NCBI GenBank assembly: GCA_964016885.1 | Contig: OZ024743.1 | Location: forward strand, 162,378,001 to 162,442,000 | Direction of reading: 5' to 3' | DNA: 64,000 nucleotides | Source of the DNA: Eledone cirrhosa | Lineage: Eukaryota | In this document: positions 1 through 11,549 of the stretch, in pieces | Layout of the letters: every line of letters begins with the position of its first letter | Numbering within the stretch: the stretch's first letter is position 1 | The notes under the pieces: generated by a model | Seen by the model: only the letters and a program-made list of their open reading frames with translations | Database searches by the model: none | Told to the model about the DNA's origin: nothing | Made by a program: the position numbers and the translations under genes

Positions 1-2735
1 ACGCTGCATGTCAGCACCATAGGAGGACCCTCGCCGTCTGGAAGTGCAACAGCAATGCCCTTCCTCACATCCCGCTTTACTTTCTCGTATGCGATTCGAG
101 ATGCCTCAAGGGCAAATTTTCCCTCATATATATTCCCTCCATTTATTACGATCAGCAGCAATATTCTCCCATGTATCAGCAGAGATGTTAGCGTCTTTCA
201 GAGAGGCTTTCAAGGAATCCTTATACCTCTTTTTGGGTTTATGTGGCGGTCGTTTTCCTTTAACCAACTCTCCATAAAAGAGTTGTTTTGGTATTCTAGA
301 ATCCTTCATCCTGGCAAGGTGACCACTCCAACGGAGTCGTTGCTTAAGCACAAGAGCTTCTATACTGTCACACATAGAGCTTTCCAAAATCTCGACATCA
401 CTGATGTGGTCCCTCCAGTGAACGCCATGGATCCGTCTAAGACACATCTGATGGAAACGCTCCAATTGCTTAAGGTGGTGTCGATATGTGACCCAGGTCT
501 CGCAGGCATAAAGAAGACAAGAGAGCACACATGCCCTGTACACCTTTACCTTTGTCCTCCTGCATATGTCTCGCCGACCCCAGAGTCGCCTTTCTAGCTT
601 TCCGAAAGCATCACTTGCTTTCCTAATCCTAAGTGAGATTTCACTGTCAAGGTTGCTGTATCGATTGACAGTGCTTCCCAGGTAGACAAACTGATCAACC
701 ACTCCAAGTCGTTTGCCATACACATAGATGTTTGGTTCAGTGTACTGCTTACCAGGGGCAGGTTGGTACATGACGACGGTTTTCTTGAGACTGACAGTCA
801 GACCTAGGGCAGTGCAAGCGTCAGAAAATGCATTCAAAATGTGCTGCATATCACTCTCTGTGTGCGCTACAAGATCGCAATCATCTGCATACAAGAGGTC
901 TCTTATGATTGATGTAAACACTTTTGTCTTCGCAGCAAAGGGCCTGATGTTAAATATGCTGCCTGAGGTTCGATATCGGATGTAAACACCATGCTCGCAA
1001 TTCCTGAATGCAATACAGAAAACCATTGCAAAGTATATGGCAAACAGGGTCGGTGCTGGAATATCCCCCTGCTTCACTCCATTTTTTACTGAGATAGGCT
1101 CCGACATGTTACCCCCAACATTAACCCAAGCCTTCATGTCGTCATGGAAAGACCTAACTAAAGCAAGGAACTTATCAGGGCAACCAAGTTTCTGGAGAAC
1201 CTTCCATAATGCATCTCTGTTAACAGTATCGAAAGCTTTTGTCAGATCGACAAAAACCTGATACAGATCCAAGCCTTGTTCCATGCACTTCTCCTGGAGC
1301 TGTCTAGCTGAGAAGATCATATCAGTAGTGCCGCGTCCAGCACGAAAACCAGATTGACTTTCAGGAAGAACACAATCTGCAATGTGTGTCAGAAGACGGT
1401 CCAGAAGCACCCTACATAAAACTTTCCCTACGACAGAAGGCAATGATATACCTCTGTAGTTGCCACAATCGTTCCTGTTACCCTTTCCCTTGTACAAGAC
1501 CACCATTACTGCATCTCTCCAGTCCTCAGGTACGGATTCATTAGCCCATATCCTTCCAAACAAAGAGTGAAGATGTTGCAGGAGTCTCTCACCACCATAT
1601 TGTAGGAGCTCAGCATGTATGCCATCCATATCTGGAGATCTTCCACTGTTCAGCTTCGAAATAGCCACTGCAACCTCCACAAGCGTCGGAGGTTCTGCGA
1701 GAGCTACTTTCACAGGACTTTCTGGAATGAGATTGAGGAAATCTTCACTGACGACAGACGGCTGATTCAAAAGATCATCAAAGTGCTCTCGCCATCTTCG
1801 TAGAATTCCTTGTGAGTCACGAAGAAGTTCTTTGCCATCCTTGCTGCGAAGCGGTGTCACCAGAGAAGAAGACGGTTCATAAACCTCACGCAAGAGACTG
1901 TACAACAGCTTTGTGTTATTGGAATCAGACGCAGTTTGTATCTCACCAGCCTTCTCACTCCACCACTGATCTTTCATCTGAGAAAGACTCCGCCTAACAC
2001 GTGATTTTACATCCCTGAGTTCCTCATGCAACGTATTCCTCTCCTGTGGTTTTGCCGTCAAGTAGCGTGACAGAGCACGCCTCTTATCAGCCAACAAGTC
2101 TTCTATATGTACATCATTCTCATCAAACCAGTCCTGATGTTTCCTCTGCACCAATCCCAGAACACGCCTGCCTACATCATAAACCGACTTTTTAAGGGTC
2201 GACCAATCCTCACCAAGATCTGCAGCCTGCATCTCTTCTTCCAATGTCCTCTTCACATGTTTATCCTTAAGACGAGCAGCATTCAATCTTTTGGGCAGGG
2301 CAACACCAGGAGCCCGGATTTTACGTTTAGTGATTAGTTTCACTTTTGCGCGTACCAGGCGGTGGTCCAGCACTCAGCTCCACGAAGAACACGAATACAC
2401 TGCACATCCTGTCTGTCACGCATCCTGACTAGGACGTAGTCCAAAAGATGCCATTCCTTAGATGCAGGATGCATCCATGTGGTCTTGAATTTGTTCTTTT
2501 GTTGGAACATGGTGTTGGTAACACACAGATCCAGCTCCTCACACATCTGCAGCAGGAGCATACCATTGCTGTTACACTTTCCCACCCCATGCCTTCCGAT
2601 TACATTCCATGTGTTAAAATCTCTACCCACTCTAGCATTAAAGTCACCAAGCACGATGACTTTGTCTGCCTGAGGGATATTTTTTAAAACACCTTTCAAG
2701 GCATGGTAAAAGGACATCTTTTCCTCATCGACAGA
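1..2735 (-). mobile_element. RTE-clade LINE, 5'-truncated, nearly intact APE endonuclease + reverse transcriptase
   Basis: APE motifs GDFNARVG, WHLLDYVLVR and GAECW|DHRLV, split by a frameshift near 2365. RT motifs NYRGISL, QSGFRAGRGTTD, FVDLTKAFD, GVKQGD and YADD. RTE C-terminus LRWSGHLARM. Runs off the window start. Confidence 0.95.
124..2373 (-). CDS. RTE reverse transcriptase ORF (749 aa), frameshifted at both ends
   Basis: ORF track; all RT motifs present including YADD. Another frame continues YEGKFALEASRIAYEK...LTCS after a TA-run slip near 127. Confidence 0.88.
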   Translation of the reverse strand: MLDHRLVRAKVKLITKRKIRAPGVALPKRLNAARLKDKHVKRTLEEEMQAADLGEDWSTLKKSVYDVGRRVLGLVQRKHQDWFDENDVHIEDLLADKRRALSRYLTAKPQERNTLHEELRDVKSRVRRSLSQMKDQWWSEKAGEIQTASDSNNTKLLYSLLREVYEPSSSLVTPLRSKDGKELLRDSQGILRRWREHFDDLLNQPSVVSEDFLNLIPESPVKVALAEPPTLVEVAVAISKLNSGRSPDMDGIHAELLQYGGERLLQHLHSLFGRIWANESVPEDWRDAVMVVLYKGKGNRNDCGNYRGISLPSVVGKVLCRVLLDRLLTHIADCVLPESQSGFRAGRGTTDMIFSARQLQEKCMEQGLDLYQVFVDLTKAFDTVNRDALWKVLQKLGCPDKFLALVRSFHDDMKAWVNVGGNMSEPISVKNGVKQGDIPAPTLFAIYFAMVFCIAFRNCEHGVYIRYRTSGSIFNIRPFAAKTKVFTSIIRDLLYADDCDLVAHTESDMQHILNAFSDACTALGLTVSLKKTVVMYQPAPGKQYTEPNIYVYGKRLGVVDQFVYLGSTVNRYSNLDSEISLRIRKASDAFGKLERRLWGRRDICRRTKVKVYRACVLSCLLYACETWVTYRHHLKQLERFHQMCLRRIHGVHWRDHISDVEILESSMCDSIEALVLKQRLRWSGHLARMKDSRIPKQLFYGELVKGKRPPHKPKKRYKDSLKASLKDANISADTWENIAADRNKWREYI

Positions 2736-2741
2736 ACATCG

Positions 2742-2803
2742 ACATATACATATATATATACACACACACACATATATACACACATATATACACATACACA
2801 CAC

Positions 2804-2862
<59 letters not shown>

Positions 2863-3123
2863 TATATATATATATATATATACATGTGTGAAGGCGTGTG
2901 GCTGAGTGGTTAGAGAATTGGATTCGCAATTGTGAGGTTGTGAGTTCGATTCCTGGACCGGGCGTTATGTCCTTGAGCAAGACACTTTATTTCATTTTGC
3001 TCCTTCTACCTGGAGTTGCAACCGATATATAGTATTAGCGTTTCCCCGGTCCGATTTGACGAAAGTCGATCGACTGTCGATACATATATATATATATATA
3101 CACATATGCACATATACAGATAT

Positions 3124-3169
<46 letters not shown>

Positions 3170-3235
3170 GCACACACATATATATATACATATATATGCA
3201 TATACACACATATATACATATACATACTTATATAT
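2742..3235. repeat. Compound (TA)n/(CA)n microsatellites, representative of more than 30 such tracts in the window
   Basis: Directly visible dinucleotide runs. Confidence 0.95.
2890..3005 (+). mobile_element. tRNA-derived CORE-type SINE, 3'-truncated
   Basis: A box TGGCTGAGTGG and B box GAGTTCGATTCC, then the CORE-like TGTCCTTGAGCAAGACACTT. Confidence 0.8.
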
Positions 3236-3370
3236 AGATATAATGGTAAAAAACCGAGAGTTTATATCCGTAGTACGTAGGGCACTCAGTCTAGCGCCTG
3301 CATTCGGTATAGAGTTACTTTCACAACAAATTAGCAAACCATACTTACGATACGTGTTTCACCGACATCA

Positions 3371-3412
3371 GTTGAAAAGCCGCTCGGTGAAACGCGCGTC
3401 CTCGAGTATGGT
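3371..3412 (+). ncRNA. Degenerate minimal type I hammerhead ribozyme motif
   Basis: TTGAAAA-GCC GCTC GGT-GAAA-C GCGC G-TC-CTCG, with a mutated core. Same repeat family as 7896-7933 (shared upstream TATCCGTAGTA...GCACTCAGTC). Confidence 0.55.
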
Positions 3413-3432
3413 ATGCTAAGTTGTGGAACTAA

Positions 3433-3468
<36 letters not shown>

Positions 3469-4099
3469 CTCTCTCTATCTCTCTCTCTCTCTCTCTCTCT
3501 TCATATATATATAAACAATGAGTTAGAGACTTTGTTGATATGTAATCAACAGAGTTATGTTCATAACAGATACGAAGCACTCGATAGATAACATTTATCT
3601 GGAGTATTATGATAATAATAGTAATAAACGAAAGATATAACCCTATAGCATCACTATTTATTTCATTATATATATATGATCTGAGTTCAAATCCCGCCGA
3701 GGTTAACTTTGCCTTTCATCCTTACGGGGTCGATAAAATAAAGTACCAGTAATGTACTGGATAATTGCTGGCCTTGTGCCTAAAATAGAAACAATTATAT
3801 ATATTTCTGGGATGCTAAATTATAGCATGCCTTCTTCTGACAAAATAGAATATTGGATGTATAAAATGTTATATGACATACTCATAACAGTGACCGTATG
3901 TGATTCAAAATCTCAAAATTTTCTATAGGATGTAAAGTTATTGGGGAAAATAAAAATAAACAAATAAATAATAAGGACAGTTAATTTAAACCCTTCATAT
4001 GTTTGTTTGTTTTTTTAATAGCGTAATTAGATTGGTCAGAGAAAACCGTTAAATGTGTATATCTTATTACTAGAGGGATATCACCTTGATCACCTTGAC

Positions 4100-4420
4100 C
4101 GTCTTTCCATTTTGTTTGATGACCTTTTGCCATCTTTCTGGCATCTTCATGATTCCTGATCATAGAACTTCTGGTCCTTATCAGCCAAAAACTGAAGCAA
4201 GTGCGATTTCAGGTCATCATCATTATTGAAAGTTTTACCATTCAAAGAATTTTGCAAACTTCTAAATAAATGATAATCTGTTTATGCAAGACCAGGGTTA
4301 TATAGGTGGATGTAACATCAGTTCCCAACCAAGCTTCAATAATTTTTAACGAGTTAGCAAAGACGTGTGTGGTCTAGCGTTGTCATGGTGGAACACGATT
4401 CCTTTATGATTTGCCAATTT
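4100..4420 (-). pseudogene. Mariner transposase C-terminal remnant (duplicated at ~6105-6425)
   Basis: Minus-strand VFHHDNARPH, a degenerate HPPY.P.LA and GIMKMPERWQKVIKQNGK. Confidence 0.8.
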
Positions 4421-4662
4421 GCCAGTTTGAAAGCACAGCAGTTCTTCAAAAAGAAATTTCACACTGTCCCCAAGAGGGAAGGGGAGGTCATCATGAAATA
4501 TAAAATAATATACACGTAGGTCATTGAACCCTGTTAGGTATTCTAACCACGTGTTAAGAACTCAATTGGATATTTAAAAAATAAATATATGTACGTATTA
4601 TTTATACACACATGAAGATATTAAAAAAATAAATATATGTACGCATTATTTATATATACATA

Positions 4663-4848
4663 AGGCGGTGAATTGGCAGTATCGGTAGAGGGTTGGACGC
4701 CATGCTTTCTAGCATAGTTACGTCCCTTTACAGTCTGAGTTCAAATCCCGCCGAGGTTAACTTTGCCTTTCATCCTTACGGGGTCGATAAAATAAAGTAC
4801 CAGTAATGTACTGGATAATTGCTGGCCTTGTGCCTAAAGTAGAAACAA
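4663..4848 (+). mobile_element. Abundant tRNA-derived SINE with Meta-like central domain
   Basis: GGCGGTGAATTGGCAG...GAGTTCAAATCCCGCCGAGG followed by GCCTTTCATCCTTACGGGGTCGATAAAATAAAGTACCAG. Other copies near 15640, 16400, 18640, 21120, 21655, 30660, 35225, 37232 and 53880. Confidence 0.75.
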
Positions 4849-5797
4849 TCTATATATATAAAACTGTGGTTGTCTGTCTGTCTATCGATTTTTGGCACAC
4901 ATCTCCTCTTAGAATCTCTCACGGAATTGCACCGAAATTGCTATACTTGTACATTGAGCCCTAGCGAAGACATCGGAAAAAAAAATTCAAATTGACCCAC
5001 CCTATGTGACGAAATCGAATATAATGTATCGATTTTTGAGCGTAAGTTATCAGTTATTTCCCTTTGTTCTGTTTACATTGAGCGTCTTACGTAAAAAATT
5101 ACGCTGGCTTTCTCAGCGTTTAAAATGACATTAACACAATACACGAACAGACAGTTGTCGAGCCAGCAAAATATTGACCTGCAAAATTCATCAGTTCGAA
5201 CACTAGGCTTCCGTTTTGCTTCATTTCCATTTAAAAGCATTTTAAAACAATATTTTTACTTGAAAACAAGTCTATTTAAAGACTACGTAAAACAAGCAAA
5301 TATTTCGTCGTTAGGCGTGCAGACAGACAGTCGTGCAGACAGACAGTCGTGCAGAGAGGTGATATACGCGTGCAGACAGATAGTCGTGCAGAGAGGTGAT
5401 ATAGGCGTGCAGACAGACAGTCGTGCAGAGAGGTGATATAGGCGTGCAGACAGACAGTCGTGCAGAGAGGTGATATAGGCGTGCAGACAGACATAACTGA
5501 TAATTTGGTTACGCTAATGTTTTTCTCTGCGTTGCAGTGTTTACATTTTCGATCTTTGTTAATAAATAACCAGTGCAGTTTCTATCCCCAGCATCCTCTT
5601 TTGTTATAACATTCGGGTTATCGTTATGTTTTCTTAACTTCATAAGGCATATTGTTGGTTGAGGGAATATTAATCAAAAACACCACATGCAAGTCTGCAC
5701 AGTAGACACTACAGTTTTTAAGCCAAGAAAGCAACTTAACATTGTAACTTTAACACAGCTACTGAGCGACCCGAGCAACGCCGGGCTTTACTGCTAG
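4849..5797 (+). mobile_element. Non-autonomous Helitron (949 bp)
   Basis: 5' TCTATATATATAAAA; 3' hairpin CCCGAGCAACGCCGGG then CTAG. Inserted at A|T with no TSD; the empty site is preserved at 3794|3795. Confidence 0.92.
5313..5492 (+). repeat. Minisatellite inside the Helitron (GTGCAGACAGACAGTC / GTGCAGAGAGGTGATATAGGC units)
   Basis: Alternating 16- and 21-bp units; only about 1.5 units in the 17975 copy. Confidence 0.9.
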
Positions 5798-6736
5798 TTA
5801 TATATATTTCTGGGATGCTAAATTATAGCATGCCTTCTTCTGACAAAATAGAATATTGGATGTATAAAATGTTATATGACATACTCATAACAGTGACCGT
5901 ATGTGATTCAAAATCTCAAAATTTTCTATAGGATGTAAAGTTATTGGGGAAAATAAAAATAAACAAATAAATAATAAGGTCAGTTAATTTAAACCCTTCA
6001 TATGTTTGTTTGTTTTTTTAATAGCGTAATTAGATTGGTCAGAGAAAACCGTTAAATGTGTATATCTTATTACTAGAGGGATATCACCTTGATCACCTTG
6101 ACCGTCTTTCCATTTTGTTTGATGACCTTTTGCCATCTTTCTGGCATCTTCATGATTCCTGATCATAGAACTTCTGGTCCTTATCAGCCAAAAACTGAAG
6201 CAAGTGCGATTTCAGGTCATCATCATTATTGAAAGTTTTACCATTCAAAGAATTTTGCAAACTTCTAAATAAATGATAATCTGTTTATGCAAGACCAGGG
6301 TTATATAGGTGGATGTAACATCAGTTCCCAACCAAGCTTCAATAATTTTTAACGAGTTAGCAAAGACGTGTGTGGTCTAGCGTTGTCATGGTGGAACACG
6401 ATTCCTTTATGATTTGCCAATTTGCCAGTTTGAAAGCACAGCAGTTCTTCAAAAAGAAATTTCACACTGTCCCCAAGAGGGAAGGGGAGGTCATCATGAA
6501 ATATAAAATAATATACACGTAGGTCATTGAACCCTGTTAGGTATTCTAACCACGTGTTAAGAACTCAATTGGATATTTAAAAAATAAATATATGTACGTA
6601 TTATTTATACACACATGAAGATATTAAAAAAATAAATATATGTACGCATTATTTATATATACATAAGGCGGTGAATTGGCAGTATCGGTAGAGGGTTGGA
6701 CGCCATGCTTTCTAGCATAGTTACGTCCCTTTACAC

Positions 6737-7755
6737 TTCTAAATAAATGATAATTATGCAAGACCAGGGTTATATGGTGGATGTAACATCACTTCCCAAC
6801 CAAGCTTCAATGATTTTTAACGAGTTAGCAAAGACGTGTGTGGTCTAGCGTTGTCATGGTGGAACACGATTCCTTTACGATTTGCCAATTCTGGCCATTT
6901 TTCTTTGATTGCTTCCTCCTGTTTCATTAGTTGTTGACAGTAAACACCTGAATTGATCGTTTGGTCCCTTGGAAGCAGCTCAAAATACACAATAATCCCA
7001 CCAAATTGATAGTATAACTTTTTTTATGCAATTCAGCTTTCGGTGTGGTTTATGCTGGTTCATTACGCATGGACCATGATCGTTTTCGATTGATGATATT
7101 GTAGACAATCCATTTTTCCTCACCAGTGATGATTCGTTTAAAAAAGGTCGATTTCATTGCGTTTGAGATGCATATCGCAAATATTGATTCGTTGTGTTAA
7201 ATGAATCGCTTTCAATTTATGTGGAACCCAAAAATCGAGCTTCTTAACGAGTCCAAGACATTTTAAGTGATCTTCAATTGTTGTAATGGGATACATTTAA
7301 CCTCTCTGCAATCTCTTTTCAGTTATATGACAATCAGATTCAATTATGGTTTTGATTTCGTCATCATCAACTTCAGTAGGTCGACCAGAACGCTGGTCAT
7401 CTTTGAGTGAAAAATCTCCAGAACGGTATTTTTAAAAACCATTTCTGACATGTGCGTTCTGTTAAGCAATCAACACCATAAACTTCACATTTCTCTCTGT
7501 GAGCCTCAGCAGCTTTCTTGCCTTTACAGAAATAAAAAAGCAAAATATGGCAAAAATGTTCGTTTTTACACTCCGTGTTAAAAATCACACTGAACTAACA
7601 GCTGTAAACAAAATTACGCGTGCTTCTAAAGTAAGCTAAAAGTAACGGCTATTAAAAGTCAAAAGGAAAAAATCATAACATTGACTAAAGTCATTTTTTT
7701 AAATCGTAACTATCTATTTGCGAAAAACGAGATTACTTTCTTGCCAATTCAATAT
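6737..7755 (-). mobile_element. Degraded mariner transposon with left TIR
   Basis: TIR TATTGAATTGGCAAGAAAGTAATCTCGTTTTT near 7755. N-terminus EHFCHILLFYFCKGKKAAEAH...TERTCQKWF, plus RIITGEEKW and FHHDNARPH. Confidence 0.88.
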
Positions 7756-7801
7756 ATATATTTATATATATATATATAAATAGATAGATAGAGAGAGAGA
7801 A

Positions 7802-7839
<38 letters not shown>

Positions 7840-7895
7840 GGGGGTAGAACACTAGAAGATAATATCCGTAGTAGTAGAGCACTCAGTCCATGGTA

Positions 7896-7933
7896 CGAGC
7901 TGAAGATCCGCTAAGGTGAAACAATTGTTCTCG
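7896..7933 (+). ncRNA. Minimal type I hammerhead ribozyme, core intact
   Basis: CGAG-CTGAAGA-T CC GCTAA GG T-GAAA-C AATT G-TT^CTCG. Stem I CGAG/CTCG, palindromic loop 3, GUU cleavage triplet. Confidence 0.8.
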
Positions 7934-7961
7934 ATATGGTGAGCTAACTGTTATGTTACTA

Positions 7962-8099
<138 letters not shown>

Positions 8100-8179
8100 A
8101 ATGAAACATTATTTCATTTCTCACTCTTAGTACGGCTGATACCTAAATATAAGTATTTATACGTACATACATATATGTA

Positions 8180-9030
8180 TACAGACGTCGTACAGTAATA
8201 TGTATATATATACATACATGCACACATATATATATATATATGTACGTATGGGTTTACCGAACATTTAGTATAATGTTCGGTTTGTTTGTAAACAAACAGC
8301 CCGAATTACGCCGTACAGTGCTCGGCAACCATCGTCGCCCTTTTGTTCAACACTGACACAGGAACGATGTACTAGTTTCAAGCTTATTAGCTATCGTCAG
8401 CATCGTATACCTTTCTGTTAGATGATTGAACGTCTGAAAGTATATACTTTCCTTATGCATATTAACGGCTGAGCAGTCTAATTTGCATATCGAGTGAGTT
8501 AGTCGGCCGGCCATACCGAAAACGATAAATGGCAAACGATGAAACAAAATTTCATTTCTCACTCTTAGTACGGCTGATACCTAAATATAAGTATGTATAC
8601 GTACATACATATATGTGTAAACCCATACGTATATATATATATATATGTGTGTGCATGTATGTATATATACACATACTACTGTATATATATACATACTACT
8701 GTGCGTCTGCCCGGCCGACTAACTCACTCGATATGCAAATTAGGCTGCTCAGCCGTTAATATGCGTAAGGAAAGTATATACTTTCAGACGTTCAATCATC
8801 TGACAGGAAGGTATACGATACTGACTATAGCTAATAAGCTTGAAACTAGTACATCGTTCCTGTGTCAGTGTTGAACAAAAGGGCGACGATGGTTTCCGAG
8901 CACTGTACGGCGTAATTCGGGCTGTTTGTTTACAAACAAACCGAACATTATAATAAATGTTCGGTAAACCCATACGTACATATATATAAGTGTGCATGTA
9001 TGTATATATACACATACTACTGTGTGTCTG
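8180..9030. repeat. Long inverted duplication (arms ~8240-8511 and ~8711-8980)
   Basis: ACGTATGGGTTTACCGAACATT...AGTCGGCCGG is matched by its reverse complement with few mismatches. 8101-8175 is also directly repeated at ~8540-8615. Confidence 0.92.
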
Positions 9031-9062
9031 TACACATATATGTATGTACGTATACATACTTA

Positions 9063-9153
<91 letters not shown>

Positions 9154-9289
9154 ACATTTATATATGTATATATATTTATTTTTTCATATCCAATTGAGTT
9201 CTTCGCACGAGGCTTGTATTCTTGTCAGAGTTAAGTATGACTTAACTTGGATTTGTGGACAAAGAGCGTAGCTCCATAATTCATAGACT

Positions 9290-9815
9290 ACAAATGGCTG
9301 CGATAGCTGGCACCTTCAAAATTTGCAAAACATTCTTGCGATTCAAGGGATGACAATTTCTTTTCTTAAGCATGAGCATCACGGATGTGTTTTTTTAGTC
9401 CTGCTAGGGATTTGCCTATGACCAGCAATACCATGCATCGCAAAAAATATCACATATCAAGCGATGCTTGTACTTGAAGCTTTTTTAGTGGGGAAAGGCC
9501 TTGCACAGAGCCAATCCCCCTCTCTGAACATCGAATGCATTTGCCCAAAAAGAGGAACTGGTCTACATCATTGGATGCAAACAAGTCGCTGCTTTTATAT
9601 CAGAGTGACTTTCTCCTAGAGAGATGTCTTAATGAAGACTAGGGGTCTCTCGCCCCACCCCCTCCCACCCCCTCCTCTCCCATAATAAAATTAAAGAAAA
9701 ACATTATTAGACGGCCGTTGACTCTCCTGTGTTCCTCCGCCCTTTGACGGGTTTTGTTCTTCATTCCGCAGGGTGTCCAAAATCACCCTCCTCACCAAGC
9801 AAGCTGGTGGGGTTG
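9290..9815. repeat. Interspersed repeat 'A' next to (TACA)n; second copy ~33340-33790
   Basis: Shared TTAAGCATGAGCATCACGGA...CCTCCTCACCAAGCAAGCT. Confidence 0.8.
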
Positions 9816-9916
9816 TACATACATATAAACATACATACGTACGTACATACATACATACATACATACATACATACATACATACATACATACATACATACAT
9901 ACATACATACATACAT

Positions 9917-10215
9917 AGGAAATTACAAGTACAATCCATTAATGGAATAGTAAAAATATGTAAAACATTCCAGAACTGTTGCATCTAATAACTACATATA
10001 CACATGTATAGATGCAAAGCATATACACATGCACACATACAACTCAAAACATACACATCCACACATACAATAACATCCATATCTACACATGCATGCATAC
10101 ATACATATCTACCTAGTTGATGTTGTGTAAATTCCAATGAGAGAGACTTGTGTCTATGTTAGAAACCGACTCTCTCTCTATTGGTAAAACTTTGTGAAAT
10201 TATAAAACCAGAACA
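9917..10215 (+). mobile_element. ~300 bp repeat 'B' embedded in (TACA)n, probable 3' end of an RLE-type non-LTR element; second copy 32955-33257
   Basis: Both copies begin at about AGGAAATTACAAGTAC, read RKLQVQSING(I/T)VKICKTF and are flanked on both sides by (TACA)n. Confidence 0.6.
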
Positions 10216-10846
10216 TACATACACAAATACATACATACATACATACATACATACATACATACATACATACATACATACATACATACATACATACGTACGT
10301 ACATACGATGTCGATGAAATAAGCTATCGATTCAATTTAGTAAACTCTATAATGTTCTTGTGACAATCTCAGAAAATTTCTATTTAAACAAATTAAACCT
10401 TCAAATTCGGAATACATAATTATTTCCATGTACTAGGCCAACCGTTTCTCGGTGGTGGGTGTGGAAATCAAATATAATGACCACAGTATTTCACTGATAC
10501 TTTAAGCTATCGACTCTTGGCAAACTTGACTTCAGAAGGATTTCAACCCAGAACGTAACGAGCAGAAACAATGGATAGGGATTTTTTCAGGAGAAACCTG
10601 AAAACCTTATAATATTTATAGACCTAGAAAGTTCAATCAAGCTGCTGACATACTTGCGTGCGCATACACATACATTTTGAAACTCACACGCATATAGATA
10701 CACACATACACACATATGCAAACACGATGGCGCAGAAGCAAAGATCGTGAAATAGAAAATTAAATTACAATATAAACGTATTGCATCACAAATCAATAAC
10801 CTCGACATCAAAGACAAACGACAAAATGCTTAACACGCGCACACAC

Positions 10847-10892
<46 letters not shown>

Positions 10893-10955
10893 ATGTGTAT
10901 GTGTGTAATATTTATATATGTATATGTATATATACACACAGACAAACATATATGT

Positions 10956-11007
<52 letters not shown>

Positions 11008-11138
11008 GCGTGTGCGTGCGTGCGTGCGCATGGCTGACAAAACACGCACGTGCTTTCCTCCTGTTAAAAGTGTTGTTTTTTTTGTTTCTTTCTCTTACTT
11101 TCATCTATCTTTCTATTTAACCTTCTATTTCACAGTCT

Positions 11139-11176
11139 ATCTTCTGATGGAGGACTAACGTCCGAAACGTTAAGAT
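11139..11176 (+). ncRNA. Minimal hammerhead motif (GAAACGTT type), one core substitution
   Basis: ATCTT-CTGATGG-A-GGAC TAAC GTCC-GAAA-CG-TT^AAGAT. Sister copy at 41455 shares the downstream sequence. Confidence 0.65.
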
Positions 11177-11549
11177 TCTTTTCCTTCTATATCAAGCGTT
11201 AAATTAATATATCTTCATTGTATTGCATCATTTGCCTTTGTTATGTTTCCTCGTTGACTTTTCGCATGCATATATATTCCTATATTTCCCAAGTTGGTAT
11301 TTTTAAATCTTGAACTATATATATATAGATAGATTGATATAGATCGAAGAGTGTGGCAAATGCTTTGACACGAATCAAGTTTAGTTTGCCTAATTTCATT
11401 CACCTGCAGTGATTTTTATTAACGTCACAACAAAGCTTTGAAGTTTTGTCAGTTGCAATAACAAAATAGTTTTTACTATGCAATCCACAAGACTTGAAAT
11501 AATTATATATCATTAGGACAATGGGATTGATGAGTTAATATCTGTATAC

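Larger units (their letters stand above)
3681..6735 (+). repeat. Recent tandem duplication of a ~1.05 kb unit; copy 2 carries a Helitron insertion
   Basis: 3681-4734 is repeated almost identically as 4735-4848 plus 5798-6735. Confidence 0.95.

Noticed and set aside
44-2687. Plus-strand ORFs such as 55-597 overlapping the RTE
   Set aside because: Antisense shadows of the RT frame with no independent motifs.
2890-2965. tRNA gene (also 47949-48022)
   Set aside because: A/B boxes run straight into SINE body sequence and the cloverleaf is imperfect.
2696-3337. Many ORFs rich in YI/CV/HT dipeptides here and throughout the window
   Set aside because: They are translations of (TA)n, (CA)n and (TACA)n microsatellites, not genes.
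5313-5492. Repeat-spacer-like pattern
   Set aside because: A minisatellite internal to a Helitron with no unique spacers.
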